From the NCBI GenBank assembly GCA_038217285.1, contig JBBQPO010000001.1:5841-69840 (forward strand): DNA of 64,000 bases, in the 5' to 3' direction. Position numbers and translations under genes: made by a program. The stretch comes from Chthonomonadales bacterium (GTDB lineage Bacteria > Armatimonadota > Chthonomonadetes > Chthonomonadales > Chthonomonadaceae). This document shows, piece by piece, positions 25,898 through 34,503 of this stretch; positions within the stretch are counted from its first letter, which is position 1; every line of letters begins with the position of its first letter. Under the pieces are notes generated by a model that searched no databases, had not been told where the DNA came from, and saw nothing but the letters and a program-made list of their open reading frames with translations.

Positions 25898-26919
25898 CAG
25901 TTGTTCTCCTCGGACGAGCGCCCCTGAATCCGCTTTACTTCCCGCTCGAAATCGCTTTCGAACGCTCTGTCCTGCTTGACCCGAAATTCGGCATATTGCG
26001 CTTCGGCAAGCTGCTTTGCCACTTCCCTGGATACTTCGCCCGGGTTCGTCAAGACTTCGTATTCGTTGAACTTGAGGAACGCGTCGAGACGGGCGACCCA
26101 GTCGGTCATTCGCATAGGAATATGGCGGGCAGCCTGATTTTCGGCATAGTCAAGGTACATGCCGACGATGCGTTCGAGTTCTTTGATCTCCTGCTCGATG
26201 AGATAGTTCTTCGCCACGCAGACGTCGGCTTTCAGGATCTTTCCGTCCGGCCCGTTCTTCCAGTGGGTCAGTCCCATGCTCGGCCTGGAAGCGTCCGCAC
26301 GAGAAGCGATGATCTCTGCCGCCGTCTGTCCTGTGACAGCCCAGTGAAGCTTGTTCTGCACCGTGGCGAAGAATGTCTTCGTGATCTCGGCGTCTTTGTC
26401 GTAGTCTATGCTCGCCTGCTCATAGATGTCCGTGATCTTGAGGTAGAACCGTCGTTCGCTGGCGCGAATTTCGCGTATCCGCTCCAGCAACTGGTCGAAG
26501 AAGTCTTTCCCAAAGCGTGTGTTCAGTTTCAGACGCTCATCATCGAGGACAAAGCCCTTTACGACAAACTCTTTGAGCGTTTGCGTCGCCCAGATGCGAA
26601 ACTGCGTCGCCTGGAGACTATTGACCCGGTAGCCAACGGAGATAACCGCATCGACACTGTAGAACTGCACCTGATATGTCTTTCCGTCATCGGCAGTATG
26701 TGCAAATTTTGCACATACTGCCTCGCTGTCCAGTTCGCCCTCGTCAAAGATGTTAGACAAATGCTTGGTGATGACACTGCGATCAACCGCAAATAGTTCG
26801 GCCATTCGCTTTTGTGTCAGCCAAAACGTGTCCTCGTCAAAGAGAACCTCTACCTTTACCGTTCCGTCATGCGACCGGTAGAGAATGACGTCACCCCGCT
26901 TGAGTTCCGGCTGATCCAT
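25897..26919 (-). CDS. RhuM-family protein (340 aa)
   Basis: [43 protein letters not shown]...YSVDAVISVGYRVNSLQATQFRIWATQTLKEF is a close match to my memory of the RhuM family. I chose the ATG at 26919 because it overlaps the MTase TAA by 1 nt. The alternative start at 26940 would overlap by 22 nt. Confidence 0.8.
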   Translation of the reverse strand: MDQPELKRGDVILYRSHDGTVKVEVLFDEDTFWLTQKRMAELFAVDRSVITKHLSNIFDEGELDSEAVCAKFAHTADDGKTYQVQFYSVDAVISVGYRVNSLQATQFRIWATQTLKEFVVKGFVLDDERLKLNTRFGKDFFDQLLERIREIRASERRFYLKITDIYEQASIDYDKDAEITKTFFATVQNKLHWAVTGQTAAEIIASRADASRPSMGLTHWKNGPDGKILKADVCVAKNYLIEQEIKELERIVGMYLDYAENQAARHIPMRMTDWVARLDAFLKFNEYEVLTNPGEVSREVAKQLAEAQYAEFRVKQDRAFESDFEREVKRIQGRSSEENN

Positions 26920-29900
26920 TAAATGTTCTCCACATCCCACATCAGACGATGGAAATCTTCTTCAATGAGGCGGACTTTCCATGTCTGGTCGTCCCTCTTA
27001 AAATTTTGCAGGTTGTTGTCGCCATTGACATAGATGACATCGAACTCCTGGTCGAGCGTATTATAGGTCTGCTTGCGGAAAAACTCGTCGAGCTTATCGT
27101 TCGGGTTCTCCACTGTATCCCGCCAGATGATAAGGGCCTTCTCCCCATTTTCGCTGTTGCCCGGACCAGGCAAGCGACCGGTGACCACATGGAAACCGCG
27201 AATGACGTCCATCGTCTGCACACGAAGCCCAAGCAGCCAGTTGAATGTCTCGGCAAGGTCAACATTTACTTCCTTTGTCTCACCAATCGTGTCCGTAGCA
27301 ACTTTGAGTTTGTACTGGAATGGGTGGGCGAATTCCTGGATATTGAGCATCGCCTGACTGCCCGCCGTTGCATCCTCTAGAACGTAGTGGAGCATATAAT
27401 CTTCGCGCAACGTGTCATTTGATGCCAACAAGTCGGTTTGAAGGCTATTTGGCTTGTTGATTTCCAAGTTAGTGAGGGCATCTTCGTAGGATTCGAGACG
27501 AAGAACCTTAATGATCCGTGGGCTACGTTCTACCTCTTTGACAGTAGCACGACGTTTGGGCTTTCCGTCCTTCCATTCCGGAGCATATGTTACTTTTTTA
27601 ATGCGAGGTACTAGCACGGTGTCAAAGTATGTCCCCATTTCAACAAGGGAGAATTTACGCCGCCCTCCATCGTCGCGATTGAGGTTGATTACGGCATGTC
27701 CTGTGGTCCCAGAGCCTCCAAAAAAGTCTAAGATAAGTGGCTCCTCATATTGATAGCTCATTGCCTCAACGGCATCAAGGACTGTATAGATTGACTTCGG
27801 ATAAGAAAATGCCTCGCGGTTGCCAAGGATTTCTGCAACGAGAGCAGTGCCGTGTGGACCAGCGTTATACCTACTGTCAGTCCAATTGCTCATAAGACTA
27901 CTTCGCTTGCCCTGAGTATCGACGACAAGTTTTATTGAGCCACCTTCGGTCATCACAATTTCTCCTGTTGCGAGACCTTTGACGGCTGATTCGTATGCTC
28001 TGCACCACACTTTTTCTTCGCCATTAGGACTAATGGGATAGCGTCTCGTATATCCCTCAGCAGTTTTGGCCGTTGGGTATGGTCCGGATGGGCCTGGCGA
28101 CGGTTCAATTCCAACAATCTTGTTGGAATCATCTACAAGTAGTGCATAAAAACTGTTTGAGCGTCCTGCTCGGGCCTTGTTATCGCCAGGTCCACTCAAC
28201 ATAAAACTTCGGTATTCGATGTCTCCAGATTTAGCTTTTCCCTTGAGAATGTCATTGCCTGACGGAGTCAGCATAAGCATATATTCGTGAGTCCGTGAAA
28301 CGTTATGGCTCATGCCTCCTTGAGGATGATGATTTACGACTACCATGTTGCGATCATAGTCAGTAAAGATACTGTCAACCAATTCACACAGGCGAGCCAA
28401 TTCCAGGTCGTCGATCGCAATTGCATAGCATGCGTCCTTGTGCAAAAGATGTAACGATCTGTAAAGTCGATCATTCATAAGCGATAACCAAGACGCATCG
28501 CGGTACGAGTTTTTATAGATGATCTCAGATTGGCCAGTATTGTAGGGAGGATCAATGTAAATACATTGCACTTGTGATCTATATCGTTGGTCCATGACGC
28601 CAAGCGCTTGGAAGTTCTCGCTTCTGAACATCAAGCCATCAGTCAATTCGTTTAGATCACCCAGTACTCTTAGCAACGAATCAGTAAAGGCTTCATTGTA
28701 ATGACGTGTATCTACTACCAATGTAGGATTCGCGTTCAGGAAATCCAATGTCAGCGGAATCGTATATCCAGGCTGTTCGAGATCCTGCTCTATTTCATCT
28801 ATAGCACACAGGTTTATCCACTCTAAACGTTGGGCATCGTTCGCCATAATGTCGTTATATAGCAACTTTGGCACACAGTTGAGAGTGACCAAGTATTGCG
28901 TTTCGACGACAAACTTCTTCTTGAGCCAGAGACGTTTCTGGAAGTCCTCAAGTTGGGCCAGAAATTCGATAATTTTGCTGGCGACCCGGCGAATTGCGCG
29001 CACTTTCGCCAAATACTGTTCGACCTTGGGAGCGGAGGCGTCTTCGATGTCATCGAGGTGCATGACCTCGTTCTTGATGTAGAAATCGAGTTCCCGCCGC
29101 AGGAAGCCGCCAAGGTCTTTGTGGATGAAATAGTCGAAGGTATTTCGAGCGGTATAGTCTGTTAGGTGCTTAGCCAGGACGGTTCGGGTAGGCTCTTTCG
29201 CGGTCGGAGCCGTCGCGTTGAGCAGTCCCTTCCACTCAGCAGGAGCCAAGGACAAGATCGCTTCTTCTGCCACGCCGTTCAGGTCTTTCTGCTTGCGCTT
29301 GGAGGCATCGTTGCGATATTCGAAGCGGAGGAATAGCTCGCCGTTCTCCTCTATGATCGGGTCCGCTTCGACCAGGATGAAGACGCGTTTCTCCGTCTCC
29401 TTATTGTTGTCTCGCTCCGTCTGAGCGTCGGCCAGTTTGAAGTGAACGCGTTTTTCGCCGCCTGCTTTGAATGTGTAGTCGCGGAAGTGTTCGGCAGTCT
29501 TGATGTAGTACTGGTCGGCGTTCGCCCAGTGGAGTTTGACTTCCTCGCCTTCATAGGGGATAGCATAGACGCCCTCTTTATAACGGCGCAGGCTGAGAAA
29601 GTCCCCTTCGTCGTAGTAGCGGCGGAAGAAGTTGTAAAGGTGGTTGAAGACTTCCTGCTCCAGCGCGCCCAGATCGCCCGCACCTGCATAGTTCGCGCGG
29701 AGTTCACGGACTTTGGGGCTGTCGTCGGGATTCATGCCCGCATTCCGAATCTGATTCTCCAGAGTTTCGAGTTCGTGCAGTCCGGCGCTGCCGATATCGC
29801 CCTGGGCGGCGTGCAGCACTTGTTTGACCTGTGGCAGCAGGTCGCGTTCGAGGAAGCGGACGATCTCATCTCGCTTTGAGTTCATAATTCGGTAGATGCC

Positions 29901-29972
29901 GAAGTCGAGATCCGCCTGGTCGAGTTGAAATATCTCGGTCAGTTTGGAAAGCAGTTTATCGTAGTTCGTCAT
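26919..29972 (-). CDS. Site-specific DNA methyltransferase, beta-class amino-MTase (N6-adenine/N4-cytosine family), type III Mod-like but 1017 aa
   Basis: Motif [12 protein letters not shown] (DPPY at 28542-28553) precedes motif [15 protein letters not shown] (27693-27725). The N-terminal extension is ~470 aa. The start shares 1 nt with the SNF2 stop (TAATG). Confidence 0.88.
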   Translation of the reverse strand: MTNYDKLLSKLTEIFQLDQADLDFGIYRIMNSKRDEIVRFLERDLLPQVKQVLHAAQGDIGSAGLHELETLENQIRNAGMNPDDSPKVRELRANYAGAGDLGALEQEVFNHLYNFFRRYYDEGDFLSLRRYKEGVYAIPYEGEEVKLHWANADQYYIKTAEHFRDYTFKAGGEKRVHFKLADAQTERDNNKETEKRVFILVEADPIIEENGELFLRFEYRNDASKRKQKDLNGVAEEAILSLAPAEWKGLLNATAPTAKEPTRTVLAKHLTDYTARNTFDYFIHKDLGGFLRRELDFYIKNEVMHLDDIEDASAPKVEQYLAKVRAIRRVASKIIEFLAQLEDFQKRLWLKKKFVVETQYLVTLNCVPKLLYNDIMANDAQRLEWINLCAIDEIEQDLEQPGYTIPLTLDFLNANPTLVVDTRHYNEAFTDSLLRVLGDLNELTDGLMFRSENFQALGVMDQRYRSQVQCIYIDPPYNTGQSEIIYKNSYRDASWLSLMNDRLYRSLHLLHKDACYAIAIDDLELARLCELVDSIFTDYDRNMVVVNHHPQGGMSHNVSRTHEYMLMLTPSGNDILKGKAKSGDIEYRSFMLSGPGDNKARAGRSNSFYALLVDDSNKIVGIEPSPGPSGPYPTAKTAEGYTRRYPISPNGEEKVWCRAYESAVKGLATGEIVMTEGGSIKLVVDTQGKRSSLMSNWTDSRYNAGPHGTALVAEILGNREAFSYPKSIYTVLDAVEAMSYQYEEPLILDFFGGSGTTGHAVINLNRDDGGRRKFSLVEMGTYFDTVLVPRIKKVTYAPEWKDGKPKRRATVKEVERSPRIIKVLRLESYEDALTNLEINKPNSLQTDLLASNDTLREDYMLHYVLEDATAGSQAMLNIQEFAHPFQYKLKVATDTIGETKEVNVDLAETFNWLLGLRVQTMDVIRGFHVVTGRLPGPGNSENGEKALIIWRDTVENPNDKLDEFFRKQTYNTLDQEFDVIYVNGDNNLQNFKRDDQTWKVRLIEEDFHRLMWDVENI

Positions 29973-32833
29973 TAGATGATCCTCCAGCGGATCGTGAAAA
30001 GGTTGTCGGAATAGGTTTTCTGTTGCATGCGTTTCTCAAGAGCGCCGATGAGCAGGTTGCGCTTTTCGATGATTTCGTCTTCGATCTCAAATATCCGTTG
30101 CCGTTGTCGGCGCTGCCTTTGCTCCAGGTCGCGGATTTTGCTCTGAAAGGCGATCTGTTCTTCCGTGGTGGGAGCCTGCCGCGCCTGCCGATTGGCCTCC
30201 CGGAGCTGACCTTTAATGTCTTTCAACTCTTTTTCGGCCGCAAGGATCATGTCATCCGCCCACTTCTCCAGGCGTTCACGCTCCTCATTCATAAAGCGAT
30301 TGTTGGCTTCGAAGGATTGATGCATCGTCGCCTTTTGATGCTGCGCTGATTCGGCGGTCAGTCGCTCGGGCAGCGCCGAGCCATCGACCAGAGCGGTGAC
30401 TGCGCCTCCGCACAAGAACACCTTTTCCAGAACTTCCTGATCTACCGATGCACCGCTATCGGTAAAGCCAGACAGCAAAATGTACTCTTCACGCTCGAAC
30501 GCGTCGATGACAAGCTTATTGAGCGTCATCCAGCCAGCCTGCCCTTGCAAGCCTTCGACCACACTCAGGCGACCACGATGACTTGTGACGTCGAAGGTCA
30601 CCTCTGCCAATGGGGTCGGGCACGCCTTCGCGCGGTCGATCACATGCTCTCCAAGTGGATGAGAAAGCCGATACAGGAAATCGCCATCGATATTCTCTTT
30701 GCTCTTCGAGATGAGATGGTAGGTTCCTGTTGGGATGTCCGAGATCGGCGGACTGTTGAGATCGAAAGCCAGCGCATCGTCATCGAACACGGCGGCATCT
30801 CCGATGATATGCTCGGTAAGCCACCAGAACTGCTTTCCAAATCGGTCGAGTTGCTGCTGCGCGCCTTCTAGTTGCAGGCGCAGGCGCTGATGGATCTCTT
30901 CGTCAAAAAACTCCAACAGCATCTGTCGCGTTGAGGCCATGCGGGCCTTGATGCTGGCATCGAGTTGTTGCCGCAATTCGCGAAAGGCGACCTCGATCTG
31001 CGCGTTTGTTCGACAGGACTGATAGATGTCGTAAATCCGCTTTTCGAAATCGACCCCGGATTCTATGCTTCCGAGGACTTCATCGGACGCGCCGAAAACA
31101 CCATCGAACAGTTGAAACTTCTCCTCCAGGAGTTCAAAGGTGCGCTGATCGGCAGCGTTGCGCTCATTGACGAAGTTGATGACCACAACGTCGTGCTTCT
31201 GCCCATACCGATGACAGCGCCCGATTCGTTGCTCGATCCGTTGTGGGTTCCACGGCAGGTCGTAGTTCACGACCAGGCTGCAAAACTGAAGGTTCACGCC
31301 CTCGGCCGCCGCTTCCGTAGCAATAAGGATCTCGGCGTGATTCTTGAACTCCTCGATGATAGCGGAGCGCGCATCGACATCTCGCGAGCCTGTGACTTTG
31401 CCGGAGCCTTTATTGGCAGCGACCCAGCGATCGGTAAGCTTCCGAGCCTCCTCGTCGTTATTCGAGCCGTTGAAGCGAACGACTTTGCCCGCGTACCCAT
31501 TGGCATCGAGGAAGTTGCGAAGGTAGGACTGGGTGCGCCGCGACTCCGTGAAGATGAGCGCCTTTCGTGCAGCGCCGTTCTCCTGCATCTTCGTGAAGCC
31601 GATTTCGAGCGCGTTCAAAAGCGTGCGAGACTTGGAGTCTACTCCGATGCTCCGCGCCCACCGAATGTAGTGATCCAGCTCTTGTATCTCGGCGTCGAGC
31701 TTTGCAACGTCGATGGCGGGAGCGTTCTCACTCTCCTCTTCGACGTCGATGGCGCCCTCAAAGAGGTCGTCGTCCTCAAGATCCTCCCCGGCGATGATTT
31801 TGTCGACAATGTCGCCCTCGGGCATACCTGACTTCAGGTCCATGAGCCGCTGTTTGATGATCTCCAGCGTTCCCGCGATGGCCGGAGAGGACGAGGCGAG
31901 GATCTTCCTCAACCGGAGAGTCAAAAGTACGCGCTGGCGTTTGGGAATGCTGAAGGTCTCCGCGCGTTGGAGGAAGGTTGAAATAGCCTCGTAGAGAGTA
32001 TGCTCTTCATCGGTAGGGTGGAACGGGCGAGTGACGGCCTGGCGCTTTGTATACTGGACGTATTCCAGCACATCCTTCCGCAGCGTCCGCTTGCAGAACC
32101 CTTTGAGGCGCGTCTTCAGATCGTCCAGGTCGGCATCCGCACCGACATAGAGCGCACGAAAGACGGACGGCTCTCCGAACATATACTCGTCGATGATGGA
32201 GGACATGCCGTAGAACTCCATTAAGGAGTTCTGGAGCGGGGTCGCCGTCAGGAGAATCTTCTTAGGCCCTTCAACGGCGAGACGAATAGCCTGTCCTGTT
32301 TTGTTGCTTGGCTGGTGGGCATTGCGCAGCTTATGCGCCTCGTCGATAACGACCAGATTCCAACCGACCGCGCGAATCTCGTCCTTCATTTTTGCGGCGA
32401 AATTGTACGAACAGATGACGACCTTACCGCCTTCGAACGGACTGGCGGCGCCACCGTTCTTCACCTGGTTGTAGGCACGAGCATCCAGAATGATCGAAGG
32501 CAGATTGAACTTCTCTTCAAGTTCTGTCGCCCACTGCTTGCGAATCGAGGCCGGACAGATGACGAGAAGCCTGCGCTTACGCTCCGCCCAGAGTTGACAA
32601 AGAACAAGGCTTGCTTCGATGGTCTTGCCAAGACCGACTTCATCGGCAAGAAGGACGCCCTTGGAGACCGGCGACCGCAGCGCAAAAAGAGCGGCTTCAA
32701 TTTGGTGGGGGTTCAGATCTACATTGGCATCGAATAAGGCCATTGAAAGCCTTTCGAGTCCCTCCCGCGATGCTTGCCGAGTCAGATCATGAGCGAAGTA
32801 CTTCGCATGGTAGTCGGTAACGAGCAACGCCAT
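29972..32833 (-). CDS. SNF2-family ATPase/helicase (953 aa) with an uncharacterised C-terminal region
   Basis: Motifs LLADEVGLGKTIEA (Walker A, 32621-32635), VVIDEAHKLRN (DEAH, 32333-32344), LLTATPLQNS, LPWNPQRIEQRIGRCHRYGQ. N-terminal YHAKYFAHDLTR. RBS GGGAG upstream. Confidence 0.9.
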   Translation of the reverse strand: MALLVTDYHAKYFAHDLTRQASREGLERLSMALFDANVDLNPHQIEAALFALRSPVSKGVLLADEVGLGKTIEASLVLCQLWAERKRRLLVICPASIRKQWATELEEKFNLPSIILDARAYNQVKNGGAASPFEGGKVVICSYNFAAKMKDEIRAVGWNLVVIDEAHKLRNAHQPSNKTGQAIRLAVEGPKKILLTATPLQNSLMEFYGMSSIIDEYMFGEPSVFRALYVGADADLDDLKTRLKGFCKRTLRKDVLEYVQYTKRQAVTRPFHPTDEEHTLYEAISTFLQRAETFSIPKRQRVLLTLRLRKILASSSPAIAGTLEIIKQRLMDLKSGMPEGDIVDKIIAGEDLEDDDLFEGAIDVEEESENAPAIDVAKLDAEIQELDHYIRWARSIGVDSKSRTLLNALEIGFTKMQENGAARKALIFTESRRTQSYLRNFLDANGYAGKVVRFNGSNNDEEARKLTDRWVAANKGSGKVTGSRDVDARSAIIEEFKNHAEILIATEAAAEGVNLQFCSLVVNYDLPWNPQRIEQRIGRCHRYGQKHDVVVINFVNERNAADQRTFELLEEKFQLFDGVFGASDEVLGSIESGVDFEKRIYDIYQSCRTNAQIEVAFRELRQQLDASIKARMASTRQMLLEFFDEEIHQRLRLQLEGAQQQLDRFGKQFWWLTEHIIGDAAVFDDDALAFDLNSPPISDIPTGTYHLISKSKENIDGDFLYRLSHPLGEHVIDRAKACPTPLAEVTFDVTSHRGRLSVVEGLQGQAGWMTLNKLVIDAFEREEYILLSGFTDSGASVDQEVLEKVFLCGGAVTALVDGSALPERLTAESAQHQKATMHQSFEANNRFMNEERERLEKWADDMILAAEKELKDIKGQLREANRQARQAPTTEEQIAFQSKIRDLEQRQRRQRQRIFEIEDEIIEKRNLLIGALEKRMQQKTYSDNLFTIRWRII

Positions 32834-33060
32834 GAAGGCAGATCTCCCTACTCTGGAAAACTTAAACTGCTTCCAACATAACTGAACGCCCCGGCGAGGC
32901 TGGCCCCGATTGGGCTTCTACCGGTCGAGATAGGAAGAGGATAAATCAGTATACACGAAAACAGGCAAGTGATGATCCTGCCCTTCACGCGTCAACAACC
33001 ATTGTGTACGAAGCGTCCGTGTTGCCGGAGCAGCGCAAGTCGGCGGTAAGTGACCGCCCT

Positions 33061-34323
33061 CTAAGCAGGGTCCGCGCCTTGCCAGAGCGCGGAGAGCGGC
33101 ACGGCGAAGAGCTTTGCTCCGAACGGCACCACGCGCTCACCTGTATAGAGCACGATGCCACGCACAAAGCGCTCCGCTGTCAGCGCTTCCAACGCGCGCA
33201 GGCCCTTGAAGTCCTCTGCCCCTACCGTGCTGGACGCTTTCACTTCTATGCCGACCAGGGTGCCATCGCGCTTTTCCAGCAGCAGATCTACTTCTTCTCG
33301 GTTGGCGGTATGCCAATGGTAGAGCGTTGGGCGTGTTTCGCTCCAGCCGATGTCTTTTAGCACCTCCATGACCACAAAATTTTCGAGAAGGCCGCCCAGA
33401 TGCGTCGGTTCCTGCAAGAGTCTCGCTTCCGAGACACCGAGCAGATGCGCTGCAAGCCCGGTATCCGTCAATACGATTTTCGGCGATTTAATAAGACGGG
33501 TCGTCAGGTTTCCACTCCACGCTGGCACCGTGCGGACAAGATAGGTGGTTTCGAGCAGAGTCAGGTAGCGCGTGAGCGTGGAGTAAGGCACGTTGGCGGT
33601 GCGAGAAATGTCTGCAGCGTTCAGGAGCGAAGCGGTCCGAGCCGCAAGCAGTGCCAGGAGGCGCGGCATCTGAGTAAGGCCTTCAATGTTAGCCAGATCT
33701 CTGACATCCCGCTGCAGAATGGTTGCGATATACGATTCAAACCAGTTCTGTCGCCTTCTCGCGGGACGAGTCATCGGTTCGGGGTAGCCTCCCCGCACAA
33801 CACGTCCTATAATATCTTCGCGTGATGTCACAGGCGCGGAGGCAAAGGCGTTCAGAGGCGAGGCGAAAGCAAACAGTCTGTCGACAAAACTCACACTTAC
33901 CCCTTCGATCTCCGCTTGCGCGAGAGGCCACAGGGTCAGAATCTCCATACGGCCAGCCAGAGATTCAGAGAGCCTGGGAAGCAAGAGAACATTGGTCGAT
34001 CCAGTCAGCAAAAAGCGTCCGGGCCGCCTGTCTCGATCCACGCTGGCTTTGATCACAGGAAATAGTCCGGGCACGCGCTGTACTTCGTCCAGAATGACCG
34101 GTTCACCCGAAGCACTCAAGCTTGCGATAAATCCCGTCGGATCCGAAATAGCCGCCGAAAGGACATCGAGATCATCGAGCGTAGCATAGGTGGCAGAATT
34201 CGATGTTATTTCCTGCGCGCGTACAAGAGTTGTTTTCCCGGTCTGGCGGGCACCACCCAGAAGCACGACAGGAGTGTCGGCCAGTGCATCCCGCATTTGC
34301 TCGGCTACATTTCGTCGGTACAT
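33061..34323 (-). CDS. AAA+ ATPase with a C-terminal DUF4143 (restriction-endonuclease-like) domain
   Basis: Walker A LLGGARQTGKTTLV. C-terminal EVDLLLEKRDGTLVGIEVKAS (a D/E...ExK-like motif), characteristic of COG1373/DUF4143 proteins. Confidence 0.82.
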   Translation of the reverse strand: MYRRNVAEQMRDALADTPVVLLGGARQTGKTTLVRAQEITSNSATYATLDDLDVLSAAISDPTGFIASLSASGEPVILDEVQRVPGLFPVIKASVDRDRRPGRFLLTGSTNVLLLPRLSESLAGRMEILTLWPLAQAEIEGVSVSFVDRLFAFASPLNAFASAPVTSREDIIGRVVRGGYPEPMTRPARRRQNWFESYIATILQRDVRDLANIEGLTQMPRLLALLAARTASLLNAADISRTANVPYSTLTRYLTLLETTYLVRTVPAWSGNLTTRLIKSPKIVLTDTGLAAHLLGVSEARLLQEPTHLGGLLENFVVMEVLKDIGWSETRPTLYHWHTANREEVDLLLEKRDGTLVGIEVKASSTVGAEDFKGLRALEALTAERFVRGIVLYTGERVVPFGAKLFAVPLSALWQGADPA

Positions 34324-34436
34324 GGGTATATATTACCCACACTGTGGTGATTTTGCATAGGTTTCTTTTAGCCGCTATGGTCAACGTCCCACCAAAAGCG
34401 AATGGGCCTCTTGATCCCAATGTTAGGCTTCCATCC

Positions 34437-34465
34437 TTGACAGCCTCTGCTACATCGTGTACAAT
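34437..34465 (+). promoter_or_regulatory. Sigma70-type promoter of the TA pair
   Basis: TTGACA (34437-34442), exactly a 17-nt spacer, TACAAT (34460-34465). A second TACAAT lies at 34469-34474. Flanking 6-nt inverted repeat CTACAT/ATGTAG (34450-34455 and 34473-34478). RBS GAGGAGGAG precedes the ATG at 34504. Confidence 0.7.
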
Positions 34466-34503
34466 CCTTACAATGTAGTGCGGGTAGAGGAGGAGAGAAT
34501 CCT

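Noticed and set aside
25897-26940. RhuM start at the first ATG of the ORF (26940).
   Set aside because: It would overlap the MTase by 22 nt. The ATG at 26919 reproduces the 1-nt overlap pattern seen at the other two junctions and begins MDQPELK, close to where I recall other RhuM proteins beginning.
22721-32833. Classifying the operon as class 1 DISARM, as BREX, or as a plain type III R-M.
   Set aside because: DISARM requires DrmA/DrmB (DUF1998), with or without a PLD nuclease. BREX requires PglZ, BrxC and BrxL-type genes. I recognise no such sequences. Plain type III does not account for the translationally coupled SNF2 and RhuM genes. I therefore left it unclassified, pending HMM searches I cannot run.
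32834-33060. Promoter call for the defence operon (TATACT at ~32950 on the minus strand, TTGACG 36 nt upstream).
   Set aside because: The spacing between the -35-like and -10-like hexamers is far from 17 nt, and no extended -10 is present. That is not enough to annotate a promoter. The motif is reported only as part of the flanking-repeat observation.
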